Notes under the pieces: model-generated | The model's input: the letters and a program-made list of their open reading frames with translations, nothing else | What the model was told of the DNA's origin: nothing | Databases searched by the model: none | Source: an uncultured Methylibium sp. | GTDB lineage: Bacteria > Pseudomonadota > Gammaproteobacteria > Burkholderiales > Burkholderiaceae_C | Direction of reading: 5' to 3' | DNA: 42,457 nt | Assembly: GCA_964384225.1 (NCBI GenBank) | Contig: CAYLKR010000001.1 | Coordinates: 1 to 42,457 of the forward strand | Program-made: the position numbers and the translations under genes | Shown: piece after piece, positions 27,629 through 35,965 of the stretch | Position numbering within the stretch: the first letter of the stretch is position 1 | Layout: each line of letters opens with the position of its first letter

Positions 27629-28375
27629 TCAGAAGAAGAAGGACAGGCCGACCGTCGCGGCGCGGTACTCGTCGCTGCGGTCGTCGCCGAGGAAGGCGGT
27701 GTAGAGGGTCCAGTCGGCGCGCAGCACGAAGCGTTCGCTCAGGTGCCAGCGCAGGCCGACGCCGGCGTTGGCGAGCCTGGCGTCGGTGGTCTGGGCGCCG
27801 ACGAGGCTGCTGTTGGGGATGTTGCGGAAGTGCCCCAGGCCAATGCCGAGGTAGGGCGAGAGCCGCCGGTCCGACCAGGGTTCGGCGTTCAGGCCGAGGT
27901 GCCAGAAGTCGGTGCCCGAGTACAGGCCCTGCACCTGGCCCAGCGTGGCCTCGGCCGACAGCGTGTCGGACAGCCGGTAGGCGGTCCAGAACTTCAGCAT
28001 CGGCTCGGACTTGAAGCGGCCCCAGGCGGCGCCGAGCTCGACGCGGCGCTTCAGGTAGTCGTCGACCAGCACGTCGCGGAAGCTCTTCGCGGTGCCGGAC
28101 TCGGTCAGCGTGCTCTCGAGCTGGGCACGGTGCACCCAGCCTTCCTTCCCACCTTCGGTGCGGACCTTGTACCAGTCGGTCGAGCGCAGCGTGATCGTGA
28201 TCCAGTCGGTGCGCGGAGCGACGTGGTGCACCGGGTAGCCGCGGCCGGCGCCGGTGCGCAGCTCGATGTAGGGGTCGGTGACCTGCACCCGCTCGGTGGC
28301 CGGCGCGTCGGCGGCGTGGGACGGCACCGCGAAGCAGGACGCGGCGAGCAGGCAGGCGGTCAGCGCGGCCTTCAT
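27629..28375 (-). CDS. SH3b domain + small outer-membrane beta-barrel protein
   Basis: Signal peptide; SH3b-like IELRTGAGRGYPV...WYKVRTEGGKEGWV; barrel ending ATVGLSFFF. Confidence 0.85.
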   Translation of the reverse strand: MKAALTACLLAASCFAVPSHAADAPATERVQVTDPYIELRTGAGRGYPVHHVAPRTDWITITLRSTDWYKVRTEGGKEGWVHRAQLESTLTESGTAKSFRDVLVDDYLKRRVELGAAWGRFKSEPMLKFWTAYRLSDTLSAEATLGQVQGLYSGTDFWHLGLNAEPWSDRRLSPYLGIGLGHFRNIPNSSLVGAQTTDARLANAGVGLRWHLSERFVLRADWTLYTAFLGDDRSDEYRAATVGLSFFF

Positions 28376-28953
28376 TCGTCGTTGCACGCGCCGGTGGCCG
28401 GGTCGGCCGGGGTGAACATGGTGTTCGCGGCGCTGCTGAACTCGTCCTGCCCGGCGGGCATCGGGCGGTTGATCCAGTAGCGGATGCGCTTCGCGTTGGC
28501 GTCGTCGGCGTCGTGGAAGATCAGGCCGCCGCCGTGCAGCACGCCATCGACCAGCGGCTTGGTCAGCAGCCGGCTCTGCGAGGGCGAGGCCGGCACCGTC
28601 GAGCCCTGGGCCGAGTAGAAGTTCTTGTACATGTCGGTCAGGCGCACGAGGTCGGGTGTGGCGAGGTCGGCGAGCGGCACCGCGGCCGCGCCGGCGACGA
28701 CGCGCAGCGCGCCGCCGGTGCCGTTGCCGCTGTCGTGGCAGCCGCCGCCGGCGCAGCTGTTGATGGAGCTCACGCCGTTGATCTCGATCGGCAGCGGCGC
28801 CTGCAGGATCGGGTCGATGCACTTCTGGAAGTACACGAAGGACAGGCGCTGGCCGGCCGGCTGCGAAGGGTTCTCGACCTCGTCCGGGTTGCCGAGCCCG
28901 CCGCCGCCGCAGCCGACGAGCGCGAGCGCCATCGCGATCACGGGACGGTTCAT
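28372..28953 (-). CDS. Lipoprotein, probable monoheme c-type cytochrome with CX4CH motif
   Basis: Lipobox LVGC; FQKCIDPIL...CAGGGCH...SRLLTKP...HGGG...RIRYWI; ATGA overlaps both neighbours. Confidence 0.72.
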   Translation of the reverse strand: MNRPVIAMALALVGCGGGGLGNPDEVENPSQPAGQRLSFVYFQKCIDPILQAPLPIEINGVSSINSCAGGGCHDSGNGTGGALRVVAGAAAVPLADLATPDLVRLTDMYKNFYSAQGSTVPASPSQSRLLTKPLVDGVLHGGGLIFHDADDANAKRIRYWINRPMPAGQDEFSSAANTMFTPADPATGACNDE

Positions 28954-31946
28954 GGCGTCGGGCAGCCGCTGCGGATCCAGCTGGCGATGCGGTTGTAGGC
29001 CGGCGTGCCGGCGGGCAGCACGGCCGTCGTCTGGCCGGTCGCGCCCGCGGGGTGGGGCACGGTCGAGGGACGTGCCAGCAGGGCGTTCTGCGCCGGGCTG
29101 CAGGTGTTCGAGATCATCGACAGCGTGACGTTGTAGTCACCCTCGGCGTCGCCGGTCAGCACGTAGCGGTTCTCGCGGAAGTTGCTGCCCGCCGGCGCGC
29201 TGTTGCTGCCGACCGGCTGGTGGCAGGCCGAGGCGCAGCGCTGGCGCAGGATCGGATGCACCTGGGCCTCGAAGCTGGCCTGGCTCAGCGTGGTGACGGT
29301 GCGCACGCCGCTGGCGCCGTCGAAGGGGTCGTTGTAGTACTGGCCGCCGAGGTCCATCCATTCGACGACGAGGCGCTTCTCGGCGGCGTTGAGCAGCGTC
29401 GCGTGGTCGGGCGCGGTGCCCGGCGGCGTGGGGAACTCGGTGCGCGCCGTGCTGCCTGCGAGCAGGGTCTCGCCGAACAGGATCTCGGTCAGCCGGCTCT
29501 TGCGCGCCTGGCCGGCGGTGTTGGCCGCGCCCGAGCTGGTGACGACCAGTGCGGGGCCGCGCTGAACGACCGGCACGCCGTCCTCCAGCCGCGTGACCGG
29601 ATTGCCGTCGGCGTCGAGCAGCGGGTCGCCCATCAGCAGCTCCTCGTAGGAGCTCATGCGGCCGGTGCCGGCGATGGTGCCGCGCAGGTCGAGCCGCGCC
29701 GGGTCGGCGTGGCAGGCGGTGCAGGTGTGTGCACCGCCCGGGCCGCGGGCGCGCGTCCACAGCGGCGCGATGTGCTGCGGGTAGTTGATGACGCCGTTGT
29801 CCGGCACAGGCGTCACCAGGTCGTCGGCCGGGTTCGCGTTGCCGGTGTAGCGCAGCGTGATCGGCGTGCGGGCGGCGATGCCCGGCTGGGTGGTGTCGGC
29901 CCACTGGTCGGTGACGTCCATGTCGGCGCGCAGGTCGAGCGCGCTGGCATCGAGCCGGGTCTTCAGCGAGGCCAGCGTCTCGCCCGACAGGTGCTGGCTC
30001 GTCAGCGCCGCGCGCAGCGCGGCCGGCAGGGTGTTCACGGTCGCGCCGGAATTCAGCGCCGCGCCGCGGCGCGGGCTGTGGCAGCCGTCGCAGGTGCGGC
30101 GCTCGCCGGGGCGCACCTGGATCCAGTTGGTATGGGTCTGGATCGCGCGGCCCTTGGCGTCGATCACCGAGAGCGCCAGCGGCGTGTCGGCCGGCACCCG
30201 CAGCTTGAAGGAGCCGTCGGGCTCGACCGGCGCGTAGCCGAGGATCTGCTGCTGCTCGAAGTCGGTCTCGCCGATCGCCGAGCGCAGGCCCATGGTGCTG
30301 GACGGCGGCGCGACCGCGCGCACCGCGCGGACGAAGCGCGCCGGCGCGCAGTGGTAGGCCGGATCGGCCGGGTCCTTGATGCGCGCGAGGTCGGCGACGC
30401 GGGTGCGGGTGTCACCCGGCTCGGTCGGCGCGGTGGTGGCGATCGCGGCGGAGCAGCCGGGGCGATCGGCGGCGGTCAGCATCGGCTCGGCCATGCGGTT
30501 CAGGCCGTCGGTGTCGTAGACGCTGCGCACCTCGATCAACGCGAGGTTCTGCGCCGCCAGCGTGGCGTCCACCGCGGTCGGCGGGATCACGTTCGGCTCG
30601 GGCCGCGCCTGCAGCGGCACCGGGTCGGTGTACATGAAGCCCGGTGGCGGCGAAGCGACGTTCAGGAAGGTCTGCCGCGCCGGGTCGTACATGTAGATCG
30701 AGTAGGCCGCGGGCGCGTTGTCCTGCAGCTCGTCGGCGGCCTCCTCGGCGGCCGTGCGGTCATCGCTTTCCAGACGCGCGATCTCGTCTGCGGTGAGCGA
30801 CGCGCAGGGCACCACGTCGCCGTTGCGCGTGACCTCGCAGGGCCGGTAGGCCAGCAGCACGCGGTTCGTGCCGTCCCACAGCGGGAAGGGGCTGGTGATG
30901 CGGCCGTGGCGCGACAGCCCGCGGCCGTCGTTCAGCGGCTGCGCGGTGATGTTGCTCTGGCCGCCGTTGACGGGAATCGCGGCATTGGCCGGCGTGTTCT
31001 GTTCGGAATAGTTGGCCGCGTCGATGAACATCAGCGCGCCGCCCTCCTGGGTGCGCGACAGCGGCATCAGCGAGGACGCGACGTAGCCGGCGTTCGGCCC
31101 GGCCGGGTCCATGTCGCGCGGGTGCAGGAAGCTGTTGCCGGGGCTCTGCGCGCCGTAGAGCACGAACATGTCGGTGCCGTCGGGCTTGCTGCGGAAGATC
31201 GCGAAGCGGTTGCGGTCGCCCACATGCTCCCAGCGCGAGAACATGATGTCGCCGTTCGGCCGCACCACCGGGTTGCGGTCGTGGCTCTGGTTGAAGGAGA
31301 TCTGCTGGATGCCGCTGCCGTCGGGGGCCATCGTGTGCAGGTTGAACACGCGCTCGCGCTCGTACTCGTCGAGCGCGAAGTAGGCGCGGCCGAGCGCCTG
31401 GTTCTGGCTCGACTTGGCCTGGCGGTTCGACGAGAACACGAAGCCGCCGTCGCCCGGCAGGTAGGCCGGGTCCACGTCGTCGTGCTGGGTCGACGCGGTC
31501 AGGCGCCGGAACGTGCCGCCGGCGTAGCCGCCGGTCGTCATGTCGTACTCCCAGAGGTTCCAGCGGCCGGTGCAGGCCGGCACGCCGCCGATCGTCGCGG
31601 TGTTGGTGGCCGGGCAGCGCATCGAGAAGACGATCTTCCGGCCGTCGTGGGACACCTCGGGATCGGACGCGTCGCCGACGCCCTGCGTGAAGCGCCGCGT
31701 GACGTTGTGCGCCGGCGCGCTGGGCGAGGACTTCTCGCGCACGATCAGGTCGCCGCCGGGTGCGCTCGGCGCGCCGTTGGTCGGGTTCAGCGACACCTCG
31801 GTCGAGCGCTGCACATAGGCGAGCGGCACCTCGCCGGCGACGGTGACAGTCTCGTCGCCGCCGCCGCTGCCCGAGCAGGCGGCGAGCAGGGCGCTCAGGG
31901 TGCACAGCGCGAGGGCGCCGCTGCGGGGGTGTGACAGCGAATTCAT
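28950..31946 (-). CDS. HzsA-related multiheme lipoprotein (TolB-like propeller + hydrazine synthase alpha middle-domain-like region + cytochrome c domains)
   Basis: Lipobox LAAC; PD40-like DPEVSHDGRKIVFS, DPAYLPGD..FVFSSNR; GYAPVEPDGSFKLRVPADTP...WIQVRPGERRTCDGCH; further CTACH and CASACH; GGGAGG RBS. Confidence 0.82.
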   Translation of the reverse strand: MNSLSHPRSGALALCTLSALLAACSGSGGGDETVTVAGEVPLAYVQRSTEVSLNPTNGAPSAPGGDLIVREKSSPSAPAHNVTRRFTQGVGDASDPEVSHDGRKIVFSMRCPATNTATIGGVPACTGRWNLWEYDMTTGGYAGGTFRRLTASTQHDDVDPAYLPGDGGFVFSSNRQAKSSQNQALGRAYFALDEYERERVFNLHTMAPDGSGIQQISFNQSHDRNPVVRPNGDIMFSRWEHVGDRNRFAIFRSKPDGTDMFVLYGAQSPGNSFLHPRDMDPAGPNAGYVASSLMPLSRTQEGGALMFIDAANYSEQNTPANAAIPVNGGQSNITAQPLNDGRGLSRHGRITSPFPLWDGTNRVLLAYRPCEVTRNGDVVPCASLTADEIARLESDDRTAAEEAADELQDNAPAAYSIYMYDPARQTFLNVASPPPGFMYTDPVPLQARPEPNVIPPTAVDATLAAQNLALIEVRSVYDTDGLNRMAEPMLTAADRPGCSAAIATTAPTEPGDTRTRVADLARIKDPADPAYHCAPARFVRAVRAVAPPSSTMGLRSAIGETDFEQQQILGYAPVEPDGSFKLRVPADTPLALSVIDAKGRAIQTHTNWIQVRPGERRTCDGCHSPRRGAALNSGATVNTLPAALRAALTSQHLSGETLASLKTRLDASALDLRADMDVTDQWADTTQPGIAARTPITLRYTGNANPADDLVTPVPDNGVINYPQHIAPLWTRARGPGGAHTCTACHADPARLDLRGTIAGTGRMSSYEELLMGDPLLDADGNPVTRLEDGVPVVQRGPALVVTSSGAANTAGQARKSRLTEILFGETLLAGSTARTEFPTPPGTAPDHATLLNAAEKRLVVEWMDLGGQYYNDPFDGASGVRTVTTLSQASFEAQVHPILRQRCASACHQPVGSNSAPAGSNFRENRYVLTGDAEGDYNVTLSMISNTCSPAQNALLARPSTVPHPAGATGQTTAVLPAGTPAYNRIASWIRSGCPTP

Positions 31947-31976
31947 GATGCAGGCCTCCCAGCCGTGTTCATCGAG

Positions 31977-32996
31977 TCACGCGTGGCCGGCGGCCTGCGC
32001 CGCGCCGCCATCGAGCAAGCCGTTCGAGGCGTGCAGCACGCCCTCGGCATCGACCACCACCGCGTCCACGCCGGGCAGCGAGTCGATCAGCCGCAGCCCG
32101 CGCGGCACGCCGAGCACGAACACCGTCTTGCTGAGCGCTTCGGTCGTCAGGCCGTCCGAAGCGATCACCGTGACGCTGCGCACCGTGCGCGGCGATTCGC
32201 CGGTGCGCGGGTCCAGCAGGTGGTGGTGGCGCCGGCCATCGCCGCCGATGAAGTAGCGCTCGTAGTCGCCCGAGGTCGACACCGCCACGTTCTCCAGCGG
32301 CAGCAGCGCGACGACCTCACCCTCGCGGCGCGGGTCGCGGATCGCCAGCGTCCAGGGGCGGCCGCGGCGGTCGCCCATCAGGTGGCTGTCGCCGCCGGCC
32401 GCCACGCTGGCGTGCTCGATGCCGCGCTCGCGCAGGATCGCGACCGCGTTGTCCACCGCATGACCCTTGGCGAAGCCGCCGAGGTCGATGCGCATGCCGG
32501 GCAGCCCGAAGCGCAGCGTGCGGCGCTCGGGGTCGAGGATCAGGTGCTGCCAGCCGACCGCGGCGCGGGCGCGCTCGCGCACCGCGTCGTCCGGACCGGT
32601 GCCACCGCGGTAGTCGTAGAGCTGGCCGACGGCGGCATAGCTGATGTCGAAGGCGCCGTCGGACCAGCGCGAGAAGTCGATCGCCCGCGCCAGCAGGTCG
32701 AACATCTCGTCGCTCAGGCGCACCGGCCGCGTGCCGGCGTCGCGGTTGATCCGCGACAGCTCGGAGTCGGCCCGGTGCGGGCTCATCGTCCGGTCGATGC
32801 GGTGCATCTCCTGCATCACCGCCTCGAGGGCCGCCTCGCCCCGGCGCCGGTCGTCGGCCCAGAGTTCGGCGCGCACCGCGGTGCCCATGATCGCCTCCTC
32901 GCGACGGACCCAGCCGGCGCTTGTCGCTATGCCGAAGGCGATGCCGCGGGCCGGCGCGACTGCGCCCGTTCCCGGTCGTCCCCAAAGTGCTTCCAA
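31977..32996 (-). CDS. apbE: FAD:protein FMN transferase (flavinylation enzyme)
   Basis: IMGT, SELSRIN, SDGAFDIS, IDLGGFAKGHAVD, AGGD, STSGDYERYF, HHLLDPRTG; TTG start at 32996 chosen for GGAGG 6 nt upstream (start uncertain). Confidence 0.92.
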   Translation of the reverse strand: MEALWGRPGTGAVAPARGIAFGIATSAGWVRREEAIMGTAVRAELWADDRRRGEAALEAVMQEMHRIDRTMSPHRADSELSRINRDAGTRPVRLSDEMFDLLARAIDFSRWSDGAFDISYAAVGQLYDYRGGTGPDDAVRERARAAVGWQHLILDPERRTLRFGLPGMRIDLGGFAKGHAVDNAVAILRERGIEHASVAAGGDSHLMGDRRGRPWTLAIRDPRREGEVVALLPLENVAVSTSGDYERYFIGGDGRRHHHLLDPRTGESPRTVRSVTVIASDGLTTEALSKTVFVLGVPRGLRLIDSLPGVDAVVVDAEGVLHASNGLLDGGAAQAAGHA

Positions 32997-33459
32997 GCCC
33001 TGCCTCCGCTGCTGGCGCCCGATTGCGCGAGGCCATGCTCCGGCGGCGCAGCACGAAAACCGCGGCAGGAGTTGGCATACGACAGCCGGCTTACAAGCGG
33101 TCGCACAAGAAACGCCGGTTTCCGGCCGTGGACTGCGTGCACATGCTTCCGGTGTATCCAAACGCTGCCGGCGGGGCCCGGTGGGGCTGGCATCAGGGCA
33201 AGTGCGCGGCCCTGCTGCCACCGATGGCCGACGACGCCTCACGATCTGCAGTGCGCGGCGGCTTGCTGTCGGCGCCACGACTCACCTTGCGGGCGGCCGC
33301 GGCCGGCGACGCGTCGGTCCCGCCCCGCGGGGTGCCCTTCACCGCTGTCGGCGCGGGCAGGTCACGCCCTCTGCGCGACGACTTCACGCCCGGCGGGCAC
33401 TACAACGAACGAGGCGATGCGCTGCTCGCACGGATGATGGCCGAGGGCCTGGCGGAACA

Positions 33460-35766
33460 TCAGCTCCCGAACCACGGAGCGTCGGGCAGCGCAACGGCCG
33501 CGGAGACCGTCAGGAAGTGAGCGATGTCGAGGTCCGGTGCGCCGGCGATCGTCGCGACGCGGATCCAGTCGTCGGCCGCGCCGCGCAGGCTCAACGCGCC
33601 GCCGAGCTTGTCGTAGCGGACCTCGACCTCTCCGTAGCCCACCTCGCCGTAGGGCCCGAGGTAGCTGAAGCGAAGCGTGCGGTCGGTGTCGGTGACCGAC
33701 GACGCAACGATCGTGTCGAACTCGCGGGCCGTCGCATCGACGTCGTAGTACGCGCCGGCATGCAGCGCGATGAAGTCCTGTGCCGGGTCGAAGTCCATCA
33801 CGCGGTCGGGCGTGTAGATGCCCATCGGCAGGAAGGCGAAGACGTCCCGGCCGGCATCGCCGTAGAGCATCGCGACGCCGCCGAAGTCGGCCACCGAGAA
33901 GTTGCCGTAGAGCACGTCGTCGCCATCGCCGCCGCGCGCGCGCTCGGGGTTGCCGGCGGGGCTGGACCCGGCGACGAGGATATCGTTGCCGGCGCCGCCG
34001 AGCAGCGTGTCGATGCCGTAGCCGCCGTCGAGGAAGTCGCCGCCGCCGCGGCCGACGAGAAGGTCGTCGCCGTCCGACGCGCGCACGAAGTCGGTCGAGT
34101 GACCGAGCCGGATGACGTCGTCGTGATCGCCGCCCAGCAGCAGCGAGAGGCGCTCGAAGTGGGTGATGCCTATCGTGCCCAGGTTGATCCAGCTGCCGTC
34201 GAGCTGGTGCAGCAGGTCCAAGTCGATGCGGGTCGTGTACGACAGGTTGTCGGTGGCGAGCACGAAGCCGTCGACGCCGCTGCCGCCGTCGAAGCGGTGG
34301 GCGTACAGCGGGTCGTAGGACCATACCGCGCCGACATCGTCGTCAGTGCCGAGGTCGACGGTGTTGATGCCGCCGTGCAGTGCCTCGGTCCAGACGTAGT
34401 CCTGCCCTTCGCCGCCGCGCACCGTGTGGTTGCCGTAGGTCGCCTCGATCTCGTCATGGCCGGGGCCTCCGTCGATGGTCGAGTCGATCGCGCCGCCGTA
34501 GACATAGTCGTCGCCGGCACCGGCATCGACGACGAGGCCGTAGTAGATCTCGTCGTCGCCGTCGCCGCCGAGGATCGTCGCCGGCTGCAGGTAGCCCGGT
34601 TCGGACGTGCTGATCACCTGGGTGTCGCCCCAGATGGTGTCGTTGCCGTCGCCGCCGTCGAAGGTGGACATCTCGCGGCTGAGCAGGTGCGTGGTCGGGA
34701 AGACCGGGCCGGAGCCGGCGTGGATGAAGTCGTCGCCGCCGAGTCCGTGGATCGTGTCGGCGCCGTGGGCGCCGTACATCGCATCGGAGCCCTCGCTGCC
34801 GGTCAGGCGGTCGCCCTGGGTCGAACCTACGATGCCCTCGATGCCGACGAGCCGATCGCCCGCTGCCTCGCCGCCCGAGCCGGTACCCAGGCCGAGGTCG
34901 ACGACCACGCCCGTCGGCGAGCGGAAGTAGACCGCGATGTCCACGCCCGCGCCGCCGTCGAGCCGGTCGCCCGCGCCGCCGCCCTCGAGCAGATCGTCGT
35001 CGCCCCCGCCGCGCAAGGTGTCGGCGCCGCGCTGGCCGAACAGCTGGTCGGCGGCCTGGCCGCCGACCAGCGTGTCCCGTCCGTCGCCACCGCGCAGCGT
35101 GTCCTGGCCAGCCAGGCCTGAGAGCAGGTCGCCGCCGGCGCTGCCGGTGATCTCGAGGCGTTCGATGTCTCGATGGATCCGCACCAGGGCGCAGCTGCTG
35201 CCGTCGCTCAGGCGCACGGTGAGGGGCGCGTACTCCGGGCCGGCGCTTCCGAGGGTCAGGCTGGCGGCGGTGCGGCCGAGGCCGTCGGTGGCCGAGAAGT
35301 CGAGCGCCAGCAGATCGACACCGCCGCCGCCGCGGTAGCTCGTCTCGAATGCGTCGCCGACGAAGCCGAGGCGAAGCACGTCGTCGGCCGCTCCGCCGCT
35401 CAGCCCCGAGAACTGCTCCACGCCCTCGATCCGCAGCGAGGGGCCGACGCCGTCCGGCGAGGCGAGGTAGAGCACCAGCAGCGAGTCCACGTCGACCGCG
35501 ACGGGGCTTGACGACCACGACAGGTCGAGACCGACGACGCGGTCATGGCCCGCGCCGCCCACGACCGTGTCGCCGAGTTGCAAGTTGCCCGAGAAGACAT
35601 CGTCGCCTGTGCCGCCGACCACGGAATCGAGGCCGCTGCCGCCATCGATCGTGTCGTCGCCACCCAGACCCCGCAGCGTGTCGTCGCCGGCCAGGCCCGA
35701 GATCAGGTCGGCGCCTCCGCCGCCGTCGAGAAGATCGTTGCCGCTGCTGCCTTCGAACGTCGCCAT
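33460..35766 (-). CDS. RTX/hemolysin-type calcium-binding repeat protein
   Basis: Many GGxGxDxL-type nonapeptides in clusters, GEAAGDRLVGIEGIVGS block, C-terminal DRVMDFDPAQDFIAL; no signal peptide. Confidence 0.88.
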   Translation of the reverse strand: MATFEGSSGNDLLDGGGGADLISGLAGDDTLRGLGGDDTIDGGSGLDSVVGGTGDDVFSGNLQLGDTVVGGAGHDRVVGLDLSWSSSPVAVDVDSLLVLYLASPDGVGPSLRIEGVEQFSGLSGGAADDVLRLGFVGDAFETSYRGGGGVDLLALDFSATDGLGRTAASLTLGSAGPEYAPLTVRLSDGSSCALVRIHRDIERLEITGSAGGDLLSGLAGQDTLRGGDGRDTLVGGQAADQLFGQRGADTLRGGGDDDLLEGGGAGDRLDGGAGVDIAVYFRSPTGVVVDLGLGTGSGGEAAGDRLVGIEGIVGSTQGDRLTGSEGSDAMYGAHGADTIHGLGGDDFIHAGSGPVFPTTHLLSREMSTFDGGDGNDTIWGDTQVISTSEPGYLQPATILGGDGDDEIYYGLVVDAGAGDDYVYGGAIDSTIDGGPGHDEIEATYGNHTVRGGEGQDYVWTEALHGGINTVDLGTDDDVGAVWSYDPLYAHRFDGGSGVDGFVLATDNLSYTTRIDLDLLHQLDGSWINLGTIGITHFERLSLLLGGDHDDVIRLGHSTDFVRASDGDDLLVGRGGGDFLDGGYGIDTLLGGAGNDILVAGSSPAGNPERARGGDGDDVLYGNFSVADFGGVAMLYGDAGRDVFAFLPMGIYTPDRVMDFDPAQDFIALHAGAYYDVDATAREFDTIVASSVTDTDRTLRFSYLGPYGEVGYGEVEVRYDKLGGALSLRGAADDWIRVATIAGAPDLDIAHFLTVSAAVALPDAPWFGS

Positions 35767-35864
35767 CGGAAGTCCCGCGCTCGGCGGGCCGGGTTCAAGC
35801 CGAGGCCAGTGTGAACCGAAGGCGTCGCACGAGGAACCTGGGTTGGCGGCGATCCGGCGAAGCC

Positions 35865-35878
35865 TTGAGCGGCATCAA
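35865..35878. promoter_or_regulatory. Candidate FNR/CRP-family binding site upstream of RTX gene
   Basis: Minus strand TTGATgccgCTCAA vs consensus TTGAT-N4-ATCAA (1 mismatch), about 100 nt upstream of ATG. Confidence 0.4.
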
Positions 35879-35927
35879 GTTTCGCGACGCGGGCGGGCCC
35901 CACGACGCCCGTGGCGAGCCGCCATGC

Positions 35928-35957
35928 AAAAGGCCCCGCACTTGCGTGCGAGGCCTT
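35928..35957 (-). terminator. Rho-independent terminator after tRNA-Asn
   Basis: Minus strand AAGGCCTCGCAC-GCAA-GTGCGGGGCCTTTT; GNRA loop, short U-tract. Confidence 0.8.
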
Positions 35958-35965
35958 GGCTTTCT

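Noticed and set aside
30039-30050. SGAT in the HzsA-like protein as an ApbE flavinylation site
   Set aside because: Lacks the upstream Asp of Dxx[ST]GA[ST] (context ALNSGAT); a 4-residue match is likely by chance in a Gly/Ala-rich 998-aa protein
28950-31946. Anammox hydrazine synthase
   Set aside because: No beta/gamma subunits or other anammox genes, no Tyr at His+4, and the protein is a lipoprotein in a betaproteobacterial-type context
32997-33459. c-di-GMP riboswitch or sigma54 promoter upstream of apbE
   Set aside because: Could not find the c-di-GMP-I core (GGCAAA...GAAA...GACGCAAAGC) or a correctly spaced TGGCAC-N5-TTGC
33460-35766. Repetitive DNA suggesting CRISPR or tandem array
   Set aside because: Repeats are degenerate in-frame codons for GGxGxD nonapeptides, not identical repeats with spacers
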